Part shown: positions 35,563 to 47,441 of the stretch, piece after piece
Layout: each line of letters starts with the position of its first letter
Numbering within the stretch: position 1 is the stretch's first letter
Assembly: GCF_001194135.2 (NCBI RefSeq)
Contig: NC_068997.1
Location: 52,704,928-52,753,790 of the forward strand
Source: Octopus bimaculoides
Taxonomy: Eukaryota
Direction of reading: 5' to 3'
DNA: 48,863 nucleotides
Notes under the pieces: model-generated
Told to the model about the DNA's origin: nothing
The model's input: the letters and a program-made list of their open reading frames with translations, nothing else
Database searches by the model: none
Position numbers and translations under genes: made by a program

Positions 35563-36104
35563 ATAATAATGATTATGTCTATGTTATAAATAATTTTTAT
35601 GATAATTATGAAATTATTGATTACAACCAATAATTAGAATAATGAGAATGATAGTGATTATGCTGCTGCTGATGGGAGTGGGATTAACAATCATCATCAT
35701 CATCATCATAAAAAACAGCAGCAAAGTGAACCAATATGATTATGTGACTATAGTTGTGCTGGTAATGGCAATGGCAATAGTAGTATTGGTGGTAGTAGAA
35801 CTGGTGTGGTGGTGGTGGTGGTGGTGGTGGTGGTGAAGGAAGTCCTGGTAAGATTGACAATAAAACTTTCCAGTGTGTGAGCTCTGGTCGTTATCTTACT
35901 TCCTGCTCCCCCTCTCTTCATCCGCTTCTCCCCCACCATGACCACCACCATTGGCTTTTTGAATACTCCACTCCACTGCTAGGTACTTGAATACCCCACC
36001 CCACCGCACGGCCAGCTTCTAGAACACCTGTTTCACACAGACAGGTATGCTTTATCTCCCTCTCTCTCTCATCCAATCAGAAACGAGGAGACAATAAAAG
36101 AACA

Positions 36105-36272
36105 ACTTGTTGCTAGAAATAGCAGTTAAATTCTACTTCAAATAACATCTTGTCCTCGTATGATAGAAGGAATGGCAATGGTGAATGATCTAATTTTTTA
36201 AAGGACAGGTGGGTCATGACTGGTGTGTCTTCGAGCATAGATCTGGTCAGTTAGGGCCTGCCTGGGGTTAAA
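36105..36272 (+). mobile_element. Family D
   Basis: tgctagaaatagcag...gcctggggttaaa. Confidence 0.65.
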
Positions 36273-36872
36273 TAATGACACCACATACACAAACACATAC
36301 ACACGTGCACATACACAAATATATACATATGGTCACACATACACAAATATGCATGTGCATACACAAATTCCCACACACACATGCGCACACATATACACAC
36401 ACATACAAATATACACTTACGTTCACACATACATATACACACAAATACATGCACATGTTCACACATGCAAACACAAATGCACACACACAAATATACACGC
36501 TCACTTATGCTCACAGACACATCCACACTTGCACACACAAATATACATACACTCACACACATATACATGTGCACTCACCCCCACATTCACCCCCTCATGT
36601 AGGAAAGGCTTATCGTCTGTATATTAAAAGATTCTAAAGTCTGGAATGGATAACACACAATAGAAAGAACACTTGAAATATAACCAGCCGACAACAACAA
36701 CAACAGCATTATATATCAGTAATATGATAAATAAATAACAACAACAACAACAAATATTCTTGATAACAGTGATTCCACTGCTAAACAGGAAATCAACACT
36801 TTAACCTTTGAAGTTAATGATTGCTAATCAAAACCTTTGTTTAATTAATCTTATCATATCTTTATAATAAGT

Positions 36873-37040
36873 GCAGGCATGGCTGTGTATCAGAAATTTA
36901 CTTCTCAACCATTTGGTTCCGGGTTCAGTCCCACTGTGGGGCACCTTGGACAAGTGTCTTCTGTTATAGCCCCAGGTCAACCAAAAGCATTGGGTATGGA
37001 TTTGATAGAGGAGCACTGAAAGAAGCCCATCTTATATATA
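36873..37040 (+). mobile_element. SINE A 5' half
   Basis: gcaggcatggctgtg...ggttcagtcccactg. Confidence 0.85.
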
Positions 37041-37149
37041 NNNNNNNNNNNNNNNNNNNNNNNNNNNNNNNNNNNNNNNNNNNNNNNNNNNNNNNNNNNN
37101 NNNNNNNNNNNNNNNNNNNNNNNNNNNNNNNNNNNNNNNNNNNNNNNTA

Positions 37150-37317
37150 TATCACCCACTACACTCTCGGAGTGGTTGGTGTTAGGAAGGGCATCCAGCT
37201 GTAGAAACTCTGCCAAATCAGATTGGAGCCTGGTGTAGCCATCTGGTTTCACCAGTCCTCAGTCAAATCGTCCAACCCATGCTAGCATGGAAAGCGGACG
37301 TTAAACGATGATGATGA
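37150..37317 (+). mobile_element. Young RTE-LINE 3' end
   Basis: About 3 differences from the 9303 copy over the last ~125 nt. Confidence 0.92.
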
Positions 37318-37354
37318 ACAATGATGATATATATAGAGAGAGAGAGAGAGACCA

Positions 37355-37815
37355 TAACCATGGCCTATGCCAGTGCAGTATAACCAACCCATTTAAGAGG
37401 ACCTTTCTATCATTGGACAATAAACTATGCTTGTGAAGACCTGTTGAGGCAAGGGAAATTGCTGTCGTGGCTAATGACAGTGCCGCCTGATTGGCACCCG
37501 CGTCAGTGGAACATTAGAAGCACCATTCGAGTATGATAGTTGCCAGGGCCGCTGTCCGGCTCCCGTGCTGGTGGTGGCATGTAAAATGAGCACCATTTGA
37601 GCGTGGTCGTTGGCAGTGCTGCCAGACTGGCTCCTGTGCTGGTGTTGATGTGTTTATGTCCCTGTAACTTAGCAGTTTGGCTAAAGAGACCGATAGAATA
37701 AATACCAGGCTGTAAAAAAAAAGTACTGGGGTTGATACATTCGATTAAAATTCTTCAAGGTGGTGGCACAGCATGGCTGCAGTCTAACGACTGAAGCAAG
37801 GAAAAGATAAAAAGA
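37355..37815 (+). mobile_element. RTE UTR modules (to ~37640) fused to a SINE A 3' half
   Basis: Module motifs, then a switch at gctggtg into the family A body and tail. Confidence 0.7.
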
Positions 37816-38144
37816 TACTCAAACACATACACTAGATGTACCCCTGCATCTACCACCACCACCACCACCACCACCACCACCACCACTATACAAAACTGAA
37901 CTGTTCAGTGATTGCTCAGTGAACTGTTAAGCGTTGTGAGTCACCAATCACCATCCATTTGCAGCGTGACTAACTAACTGCAGCCTGTAACACTCCGCTA
38001 TATCATAATACATCGATAAACTGCAGCTTTAATCCACATTTCACCTCTCACTTTTACATCATCACTTTTTAATGAGCGACTATTTTCATCGAATTAGCTG
38101 CCAACTTGTTGGCTTGCCTGTTGCCGATATTTTAAACAGCAGCC

Positions 38145-39495
38145 ACTGCACCTTATAGTTATTGGTGCTGGTGCACCTGTAATCAATGTTGTTGCACATG
38201 TAGTTACTGCTGTTGCACCTTTTGTTATTGGAATAGTTATTGTTACTACTGCTACTATTGCTCTTTTAATCACCAGAGGTACACCTGTAATTGCAACGCT
38301 ACCTTTAGTTATATACTAACTACTCCAGTACTGCATGTGATTGCAACAACAGCACCTGTGGTAATTACGGGTGCACCTGCAGAGGTTACAGGTTACAACA
38401 GCAACTTTAATGCAGTGCAAACTGCTGCACCACTGTCTGCAGTAAAAAAAAATGAACATATCACCGCAACAAAAACACCTTTACTTACAATTACAAAGCT
38501 ATTCACAGTCTCAACAGGTGAACATGTAATCACAGCATATGCACCTGTAGATGCAGTGGTCAATTAGCAGAGTGGTTAGAGTATGGGACAGAATATTTTG
38601 GGGCATTTGCTTTGAGACCCTGTATTCTGAGTTCAAATTCTGCCAAGGTCAACTGTATCTGTTGTCCTTTCAGGGTTGGTGTAAAAAGTACCACTCCAAG
38701 GTACTTTTGGGGGATTGGCAGAACTGTATGAACATTGTATTAGATGCCTTGTGGTATTTGTCTTACCTTTTTGTGTTCTGAGTTCAAAATTCACCATGGC
38801 TTACCTGGTGGGTAGGTAAACTTATCCTGTCACCTGATAATATCACTATCTGGCACATTGGGTACTTTTAGCAGAATCCATTCCTTTGAAGGTATTTTGG
38901 CCATGTTTCTAGTTTGTAGATACCTTCCTTCCTCCCTATTGCCCTACCTGTCTTTCAGGCCCTGCAAAGTGTTGTGGGCACCACCTTCCTTCCTGGACTG
39001 AAAGCTAAAAAAACTTAAAGAAAATGTGCTTGTAGTCACAATAACAATGCATTTAGTTACAACTGAACTGTCTGCAATCACAAGAGATCCACCTGTAGTC
39101 ACAAAAGATGCACTTGTAGTCATTATAACAATACCTTTAGTTACTATTATAAAGTCTGCAGTCACAACAGATCAACCAGCAGTCCCAACAGATCAACCAG
39201 CAGTCCCAACAGATCAACCAGCAGTCCCAATAAATGCCTTTCTAGTTATTAATAAAGTACCGGCTGCTGTCACAATAGATGCACCAGCAGTCACATAAGA
39301 TGCACTTCCAGTTATTACTAAAGCACTGACTCCAGTCACAGACAATGTATTTGTAGTCACAACAAAAATGCATTTCTGTTATTACACTGATCGCTGTCGC
39401 AAGATGTGCACTTAGTCACAACAAATGCACTTCCAGTTTATTACTAAAGCACAGGCTGCCGTCACAATAGATGCATTACCTGATACACCACCTAC
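38145..39495 (+). repeat. Decayed 21-bp / 7-codon array (APVVTTD-like), split into 38145-38555 and 39020-39495
   Basis: gcacctgtag/gtcacaacagat variants; three exact copies of acagatcaaccagcagtccca at 39167-39229; stops and frameshifts present. Confidence 0.8.
38560..38800 (+). mobile_element. SINE B copies (one plus a partial) interrupting the array
   Basis: ctgagttcaaa occurs twice. Confidence 0.75.
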
Positions 39496-39868
39496 ACTGT
39501 CACTCTTCTAACAGAGTTTAGCAACAAACAATAGCAACAACAACAACAACACCAACATCCTGCCTGTGTCTGAACCTCTGCAGTTGTGGCGTCTGCAATA
39601 TTTTTGCATTAGTAGCAGGGGTTGCAATAATTCCTGCAGTTTCTGCATCATACCTATGACAACAGCAGCAGCGGCGGCGGCAGCATGTGCAATGGCTTTC
39701 ACATCAATAAAACAGCATAATCAATACCATCAGTTGTTTTAACATGATTACGGTGAAAGGATATAGATGTGTAACAGCTATATCACTTTGACCACAGATG
39801 CACAGTAGATATCTTATAGCAATGATGTACATACAGCATATACACATATATATATACATACATATATA

Positions 39869-39902
<34 letters not shown>

Positions 39903-39969
39903 GTATATGACAGCAATGTTGTCTCTGCTGTAGATCTATCACTTTGATCAATCCTATGTGTGCAGTATC

Positions 39970-40170
39970 TTTTACTTTTCCTTTTCTTTTACTTGTTTCA
40001 GTGATTAGGCTGTGGCCATGCTGGGGCACATCCTTGTAGAATTTTTAGTCGAGTGAATAACCTTAGTCGTTATTTATTTAAGTCTGGTACTTACTGTATT
40101 GGTGAGTTTTGCTGAACCACTAAGTTTTGGGGATGTAAGCACACCAACATTGGTTGTCACGCAGTGGTGG
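39970..40170 (-). mobile_element. SINE A 3' half
   Basis: Reverse complement of the family A tail. Confidence 0.82.
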
Positions 40171-40207
40171 GGTATGCGCGCATGTGCACACACATATGTA
40201 TATGTAA

Positions 40208-40365
40208 TAGGCATGGCTGTGTGGTAAGTAGCCTGCTTACCAACCACATGGTTCCGAGTTCAGTCCCACTGCATGGCAGCTTGGGCGAGTGTCTTCTACT
40301 ATAGACTCGGGCCGACCAAAGCCTTGTGAGTGGATTTGGTAGACGGAAACTGAAAGAAGACCATC

Positions 40366-40409
<44 letters not shown>

Positions 40410-40605
40410 TTGTTCCCCTCCCCCTAACATCACTTGACAACCGTTGCTGGTGTGTTTACGTCCCTGTAACTTAGCGGTTCAGCAAAAAAGACCAATAGAA
40501 TAAGTACTAGGCTTACAAAGAATAAGTCCTGGGGTTGATTTGCTCGACTAAAGGGGGTCCTCCAGCATGGCCACAGTCAGGTGACTGTAACAAGTAAAAA
40601 AGAGA
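40208..40605 (+). mobile_element. SINE A, full-length
   Basis: Colinear with 12188-12590. Confidence 0.92.
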
Positions 40606-40619
40606 AAAAAAAAAGAACG

Positions 40620-40752
40620 TATGATGGTCTTGTTCCAGTTTCCATCTATGAAATCCACTTTGGTCGGCCCAAGGCTGTAGTATAAAACACTTGCGCAAGG
40701 TGCCATAGTGGGACTGAACCCAAAGCCATGTGGTTGGAAGGCAAGCCATGCC
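40620..40752 (-). mobile_element. SINE A 5' half
   Basis: Reverse complement of the head; inverted relative to 40208-40360. Confidence 0.82.
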
Positions 40753-40924
40753 TACATCTATATACATATACTATTTTACATATAGTAGATATATAATAGC
40801 AATGATGTACGTACAGTTTTAATATCACTGTGACCATGTACGTACAGTTGATATATACACAGCAATGCTTAATGTTCAGTCGATGTATCGCTGTAAAGAC
40901 GAACATACATGAGGTATATAACAG

Positions 40925-41240
40925 CCATGCTGTAGTTCATGTGGCTTACTGGTTAGGGTATTTGGCACATGATTGTAAGGTCGTGAGTTCAATTCCCAGC
41001 AGTGCGTTGTGTCCTTGAGCAAGACACTTTATTTCACGTTGTTCCAGTCCACTCAGCTTGCAAAAATGGTTTGTACCTGTAATTCAAAGAGCCGGCCTTG
41101 TCACATTCTGTGTCACACTGAATCTCCCTGGAAACTGCATTAAGGATATGCAGGTCTATGGATATTAATTGGCATGTTAATTTCACAAGTAAGCTTATTC
41201 GTTGATTATATCTGCTGGAATCCTTGTTATCGTCACAGAC
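40925..41240 (+). mobile_element. SINE family F
   Basis: Colinear with the reverse complement of 15606-15930. Confidence 0.85.
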
Positions 41241-42005
41241 AGAGGGCTGTAGTACTGTAACTCTATCACTGACCATTTATGTGCCATATCACTTTAAATA
41301 TCTAAATATCTCCAAATGGTATCTCGTTGGTTTGCCCAGTTTAAGGAACTGGCAACACTGGGGAGACTCCAGAGTAACAAGCGAGCATGGAGAGATCGGA
41401 TATCGAAATGGAAACTTAAAACAAATAAAAAAAAATTACATTGGACAATGCTGTAAGGAGTGGGAACACGGTATAAGTGACCAGTGCTTTGTGTTGTTTG
41501 CAATGTTGTCTTGAAATTTTCTCGTGGGAACAGGGGTTTCAGAGCTCTCTTTCTTTGCACCTCCCCATCTTCCCATATCTGTCATACTGACCTTAACATG
41601 TATAGACAAGATCACTTCATGTGTCAATCATATTGCTGATCTCACCACGAACCACCACCACCACCACTACCACCACTTGATTATGAGCAATGGTTATTTA
41701 TCTTTGAGAATTTATAGACATAGATTATGGTTGTGTGTGTGTGTATGGGAAATATATATCAAGTGTTGTCAAGTTGAGTACATCTTCACATTATTTGCCC
41801 CTCCCTCCCTTTCTCTATCACTTCTCTCTCTACTCCGTCACCCCCACCCCCATCCATTTTCTTCTATCTCTGTATTCCCCATACCTCACATTCTGCACTC
41901 CACCCGCTGGTCACATGACTACTTGATCAGGATTTATAATCGGAACCATTGAACTGTTACAATATATTTCAAGTAGAAGACTTCAAGTATATATGTGCAT
42001 GCGTG

Positions 42006-42042
<37 letters not shown>

Positions 42043-42060
42043 CATGTATGTATGTATATA

Positions 42061-42091
<31 letters not shown>

Positions 42092-42544
42092 NNNNNNNNN
42101 NNNNNNNNNNNNNNNNNNNNNNNNNNNNNNNNNNNNNNNNNNNNNNNNNNNNNNNNNNNNNNNNNNNNNNNNNNNNNNNNNNNNNNNNNNNATATATATA
42201 TATATGTATATATATATATATGTTTGTGTATATATATATATGTTTATCTTACTGTTTTTATCTGTGGCGTGTTGTTGAGTGGGTGACACTTGGCCTTCGT
42301 CTGCAAGAATCTACAGACAACACCTCAGACACAACCTGATGACATCATCATCATCATCATCTCTGTTTTCTTATCAACTAATTCTTCAACACAGAATATT
42401 TTGATGTGCTGACGTTGCTGTTTCACTTAATTCTTACAAATTCTCCAAAGAGCTGCTTTGAAATTCTTAAGAATTTGTAGATTATAAATTTTAAAACTGT
42501 TTCAAATTTGGTCTTAGAATATGAATAAGTTGAAAAGAACAGAT

Positions 42545-42820
42545 AGCATGGTGCCTTTTATCAATCCGAAAGGATGGAAAGTAATGTCAGTGTTGGCGGA
42601 ATTTGAACTCAGAAAACGAAGTTGGACGAAAGGCAACTAAGCGTTTTGTCTGGCATGCTGATGGTTCTGCCAGCTTACTGCCTTATAATGGTTTCTGATT
42701 TTGGCACAACGCCTGCAATTTTGATGGGAGTAGTTCGTTGACACCATCAGCCCTGGTACTTGACTGGTACTTTATTTTATCGACCTTTGAAAGGATAAAA
42801 TATTAAGTTGACTTTGCTGT
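42545..42820 (-). mobile_element. SINE B segments
   Basis: gaatttgaactcaga; ctggtacttttattttatcgacc. Confidence 0.72.
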
Positions 42821-42959
42821 CTGTATGTAGGAAGTGTGAGGGGAAACTGAGTGGGAAGTGTGTGTGTGTGTGTCTGTCTGTCTGTCTGTATGTATGTATG
42901 CATGCATGCATGCACACAGACGCTGTGTGTGTGACTTATTTATAAGTCTTCTGGCCTAC

Positions 42960-43232
42960 TGAATTATGGGGATGTAAACAAACCAACACCAGTTGTCAAT
43001 ACACACACAGACTGCGTGTGTGTGTGTGTGTATTTATATATGTGCATATGTATGTGTGTCTTTGTGTTTGTTTCCTGGTCCACCTGACAGCTGGTGTTGG
43101 TTTGTTTACGTCGCCATAATTTAGCAGGCTAAAAGACTTAAAGAGAAGTACTAGGGTTGATTAATTTGACTCAAACCCTTCAAAGCAGTGCTCCAGCATG
43201 GCCACCATCCAATGACTGAAACAAGTAAAAAT
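42960..43232 (+). mobile_element. SINE A 3' part, diverged
   Basis: gcagtgctccagcatggcca...tgactgaaacaagtaaaa. Confidence 0.72.
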
Positions 43233-43610
43233 TGAGAGAGAGCAACCAATCGACCTCGCCAGCCTCGGTTGGCCCAGAAACCTCATGAGCACTGTCCCTC
43301 ATTTTCTGACCGTTTTCAAAAGACAAAGAAGATTAATAAATTCCTGTCTTGTATTATCAATCATTTTCAACCAATATTTTATATCCAGACTCGGTTCTCT
43401 GTTTTCATTATATAACTTCTATAAATTGGATGCCGTATCCATCCATCTTAATTTCTTTCTAATATTTTGTCTGGCATATTTCTTGACTTCTTATATTCTG
43501 ATTGTAAATCTTTCTGAGGTCAACTTTTGCCTTTCATCCTTTCAAATAAAATGACCTTCATTTCCAGTTTTCTGTGAAAACAATGTCTGGTCATGGAGAA
43601 TATTTCTTTA

Positions 43611-43666
<56 letters not shown>

Positions 43667-43715
43667 TAGAAAAAAGTACCTTAGGAATGAGAACCCAGGT
43701 TCGAAATTTCCCCAA

Positions 43716-43761
43716 GACACCTGATGAAGGCTAGAGGGTATATCAGCCGAAATGTTGTGTT
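43716..43761 (+). ncRNA. Minimal type-I hammerhead ribozyme motif (PLE-type)
   Basis: Helix I gacac 43716-43720 with gtgtt 43757-43761; CTGATGA 43721-43727; helix II ggct/agcc; GAAA 43749-43752; helix III ATGT (probably ACGT before CpG decay); GUU triplet ending at 43756. Confidence 0.8.
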
Positions 43762-44604
43762 GTTAACAACAAACAAGATGAGGACAAATATCCATCAAAT
43801 GTAAATGATGTAAATAATTTTTTTACCATATTCTTTGAAGATTGGCTACATAAAAGGCACCTTGCCATAAAGAAAATCAAGGGTTNNNNNNNNNNNNNNN
43901 NNNNNNNNNNNNNNNNNNNNNNNNNNNNNNNNNNNNNNNNNNNNNNNNNNNNNNNNNNNNNNNNNNNNNNNNNNNNNNNNNNNNNNNNNNNNNNNNNNNN
44001 NNNNNNNNNNNNNNNNNNNNNNNNNNNNNNNNNNNNNNNNNNNNNNNNNNNNNNNNNNNNNNNNNNNNNNNNNNNNNNNNNNNNNNNNNNNNNNNNNNNN
44101 NNNNNNNNNNNNNNNNNNNNNNNNNNNNNNNNNNNNNNNNNNNNNNNNNNNNNNNNNNNNNNNNNNNNNNNNNNNNNNNNNNNNNNNNNNNNNNNNNNNN
44201 NNNNNNNNNNNNNNNNNNNNNNNNNNNNNNNNNNNNNNNNNNNNNNNNNNNNNNNNNNNNNNNNNNNNNNNNNNNNNNNNNNNNNNNNNNNNNNNNNNNN
44301 NNNNNNNNNNNNNNNNNNNNNNNNNNNNNNNNNNNNNNNNNNNACCTCTGCTACCCGTTTCCATGTTTCTGTGTTATCAATAAGCTTCTTGCTGTGATTC
44401 ACCGGAAGAATCCTCCTGTTGATCAGAACACATTCCATCAGGATTCTTTAAAAGATTCCATTTAGAATCTCAACAAAACTGATTTTCTGGATTAAACTGC
44501 ATTCATCAATGCCTAGGGAATTGCAGTGTGTGTGCACGCATGCGTGCACGTGTGTGTGTGCATGTGCATGTGTGCGTGGGGATGTACATACATCCATGCC
44601 GGTA

Positions 44605-44772
44605 TGAGGTGTATGTGGTTGCGAAATCCACTTCCCAACTGATTGATTGTTCCTGATTCAATCCCAGTTCACAGCACCTTGGACAAATGTCTTCTAATTT
44701 AACTCTGGGTCAACCAAAAATCTTGTGATCTGATTTGGTAGAAGGAAGCTGAAAGAAACTTGTGTGTGTGTG

Positions 44773-44809
<37 letters not shown>

Positions 44810-44858
44810 CAGATTTCTTTCAGCTTCCTTCTACCAAATCTGTTCACAAGATTTTGGT
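44605..44858. repeat. SINE A 5' half with a local fold-back duplication centred at 44774/44775
   Basis: 44713-44760 and 44811-44858 are inverted and share non-consensus bases; centre gtgta|tacac. Confidence 0.8.
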
Positions 44859-45164
44859 GATTGCGTGTGTGCATGCATGCATACATACAGACAGACACAC
44901 ACACACATGCTACAATCTTCCCCTCAGTTTCCATCTACCAAATTCATTCACAATTTATGAATATCTGAGTTTTTTTTCCGCATGAAACAAATTGTATGAC
45001 AACATGAAAAATAAAAATTATAATCTATTCTAACATCTAATCTCTTCCATTAAATATGAATGAATTTGTTGAACTGTGTTTAATAAGTTAAGTCATGTAC
45101 TGATTATTTCTATATTATTTTTAAGGGTTACGCAAACGTAAGAAGGTTGAGACTGACTGCATTA

Positions 45165-45530
45165 GAGTGTTGGGTGAAATGCATTGCAATGCTATGTTCT
45201 GGCGCTTTGCATCCTGAGTTCAGATCCTGTTGAAGTCAACTTTACCTTTTCTTCTTCCAAGGTTCATAAATAAGGTACCAGTCCAGGGCTGTGGACTGGT
45301 GAGATTATCTAAGTGACAGACATGGTGCCGTTTAGTATACATTAAAGCTCTTTGTTTTCTGAGTTCAAATCTTGTTAAAGTCGGTGTTGCTTTTTATTCT
45401 CCTGAGGTCCATAAATAAAGTACCAATTAAGTGCAGTGGACTGGCAGGATTGTTGAAGCATTGGATGAGATGCCTTGAAGTATTTACCCCAATTCTTTAC
45501 TTTCTAGGTTCAATTCCAGCCAAGCTCCAC
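45165..45530 (+). mobile_element. Cluster of three diverged SINE B fragments
   Basis: ctgagttcag, ctgagttcaaa and ctaggttcaa boxes. Confidence 0.6.
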
Positions 45531-45763
45531 TTGGGTGGTAGATTTAAACAATCTTCATCCAGTTTAACACCCCCACTCGCCACCTTGGGCACCTTCAGTA
45601 ATGTCCACTATGTTCCAAACATTCAGGCCAGATTTCTAGTTGGTGAATATCTTCTTCCCTCTTGACCATCACTCACAGAGGCTCTGTAAAGAGTCATGGT
45701 CACTGCTGGTCCTTCTAACTAAGACATTATGGATCAAGGTACTTAAGAACAGAGAATATAAAT

Positions 45764-46222
45764 AAACCAAGCTTGCTTCTCAACCATCTGGTCTTGGGTT
45801 CAGTTCCACTGTGCAGCACCTTGGACAAGTGTCTTCTATTATAGCCCCAGGCTATTGAAAACCTTGTGAGTAGATTTGGTAGATGGAAACTGAAAGTTGC
45901 CCATCACGGCGAGCTGGCAGAAACGTTAGCACGCCGGGTGAAATGCTTAGCGGTATTTCGTCTGCCATTACGTTCTGAGTTCAAATTCTGCCGAGGTTGA
46001 CTTTGCCTTTCATCTTTTCGGGGTCGATAAATTAAGTACCAGTTACGCACTGGTGTTGATGTAATCAACTTAATCCTTTTGTTTGTCCCCTCTATGTTTA
46101 GCCCCTTGTGGGCAATAAAGAAATAGGAAACTGAAAGTTGCCCATCACGTGTGTGTGTGTGTCTGTGTGTGTTTGTCCCCTCCACCACCACTTGACAACT
46201 GGCATTTGTTTATGCCCCAACC
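45764..46222 (+). mobile_element. SINE A interrupted by a SINE B
   Basis: Head 45764-45907 resumes at 46149 and runs into a gap. Confidence 0.85.
45908..46125 (+). mobile_element. Young SINE B with 23-bp TSD
   Basis: TSD ggaaactgaaagttgcccatcac at 45885-45907 and 46126-46148; CpGs largely intact. Confidence 0.95.
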
Positions 46223-47277
46223 NNNNNNNNNNNNNNNNNNNNNNNNNNNNNNNNNNNNNNNNNNNNNNNNNNNNNNNNNNNNNNNNNNNNNNNNNNNNNN
46301 NNNNNNNNNNNNNNNNNNNNNNNNNNNNNNNNNNNNNNNNNNNNNNNNNNNNNNNNNNNNNNNNNNNNNNNNNNNNNNNNNNNNNNNNNNNNNNNNNNNN
46401 NNNNNNNNNNNNNNNNNNNNNNNNNNNNNNNNNNNNNNNNNNNNNNNNNNNNNNNNNNNNNNNNNNNNNNNNNNNNNNNNNNNNNNNNNNNNNNNNNNNN
46501 NNNNNNNNNNNNNNNNNNNNNNNNNNNNNNNNNNNNNNNNNNNNNNNNNNNNNNNNNNNNNNNNNNNNNNNNNNNNNNNNNNNNNNNNNNNNNNNNNNNN
46601 NNNNNNNNNNNNNNNNNNNNNNNNNNNNNNNNNNNNNNNNNNNNNNNNNNNNNNNNNNNNNNNNNNNNNNNNNNNNNNNNNNNNNNNNNNNNNNNNNNNN
46701 NNNNNNNNNNNNNNNNNNNNNNNNNNNNNNNNNNNNNNNNNNNNNNNNNNNNNNNNNNNNNNNNNNNNNNNNNNNNNNNNNNNNNNNNNNNNNNNNNNNN
46801 NNNNNNNACATTCTCTTCAGACACTAAAACTAAAGAAACAGATGGTGGGGGTTTTTTCTTCTTTGATCTGTCTGTCTGCCTGCATGTCTGTCTGCCTGCA
46901 TGTCTGTCTGCCTGCATGTCTGTCTGCCTGCATGTCTGTCTGTGTCTGCTCCTTTCTCTCTTCCTCTGTCTGCCCCTCTCTCTTTCTCTTTCTACCTCTT
47001 TTCCTGTCTGCCTCTCTCCCCCTTTCTCTTTCTGCCTCTCTCTTCCTCCTCGCTCTCTCCCCCTCCGTGACATCTTTAAATCTATTGTGTTACTCAATAC
47101 CAAGTACTCAATACCGAGCACTTGGTATTGACACCCTGTTATTTCCTTTTCTAATTATCATGACGCTCCAGTCCTTTAACAATTATTTGGCCTTTAGAAT
47201 TTCTTCACTTAAACTCTAGGACATTCTTCAGTCAGAAGCTTTATTCTGCTACTCTTAAACAGAATCTCCAAAGACAA

Positions 47278-47324
<47 letters not shown>

Positions 47325-47441
47325 TGTGCATGAAGCATTATCTGATGTATATAAATTTTTCCTTTCCTTTTTTTACAAAACATAAAATGATTCAAGTTTT
47401 TGTGAAGCGATACAGGTCAGTGGTTTGTACTTTCACTTTGT

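Larger units (their letters stand above)
8346..46807. other. Assembly gaps (N-runs)
   Basis: About 8346-8436, 10522-10531, 18350-18717, 26337-26687, 32525-32649, 33023-33258, 37041-37147, 42092-42191, 43886-44343, 46223-46807. The span given is an envelope, not one feature. Confidence 0.95.

Noticed and set aside
35979-36039. Possible + strand exon (YLNTPPTARPASRTPVSHRQ|gtatgc)
   Set aside because: Modest acceptor, low-complexity peptide, nothing to link it to.
41294-41430. Protein-like open frames on both strands with a strong minus-strand acceptor
   Set aside because: No convincing donor or family match; could be a LINE remnant.
43260-44520. LINE-like peptide fragments on the minus strand around the gap
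   Set aside because: No diagnostic RT motif could be confirmed by eye.
979-46125. Assigning published names (octopus OK/OR1/OR2, CORE, Nin, Meta domains) to SINE families A, B, F and I
   Set aside because: Resemblance is recalled only and cannot be assigned reliably without alignment to SINEBase/Repbase.
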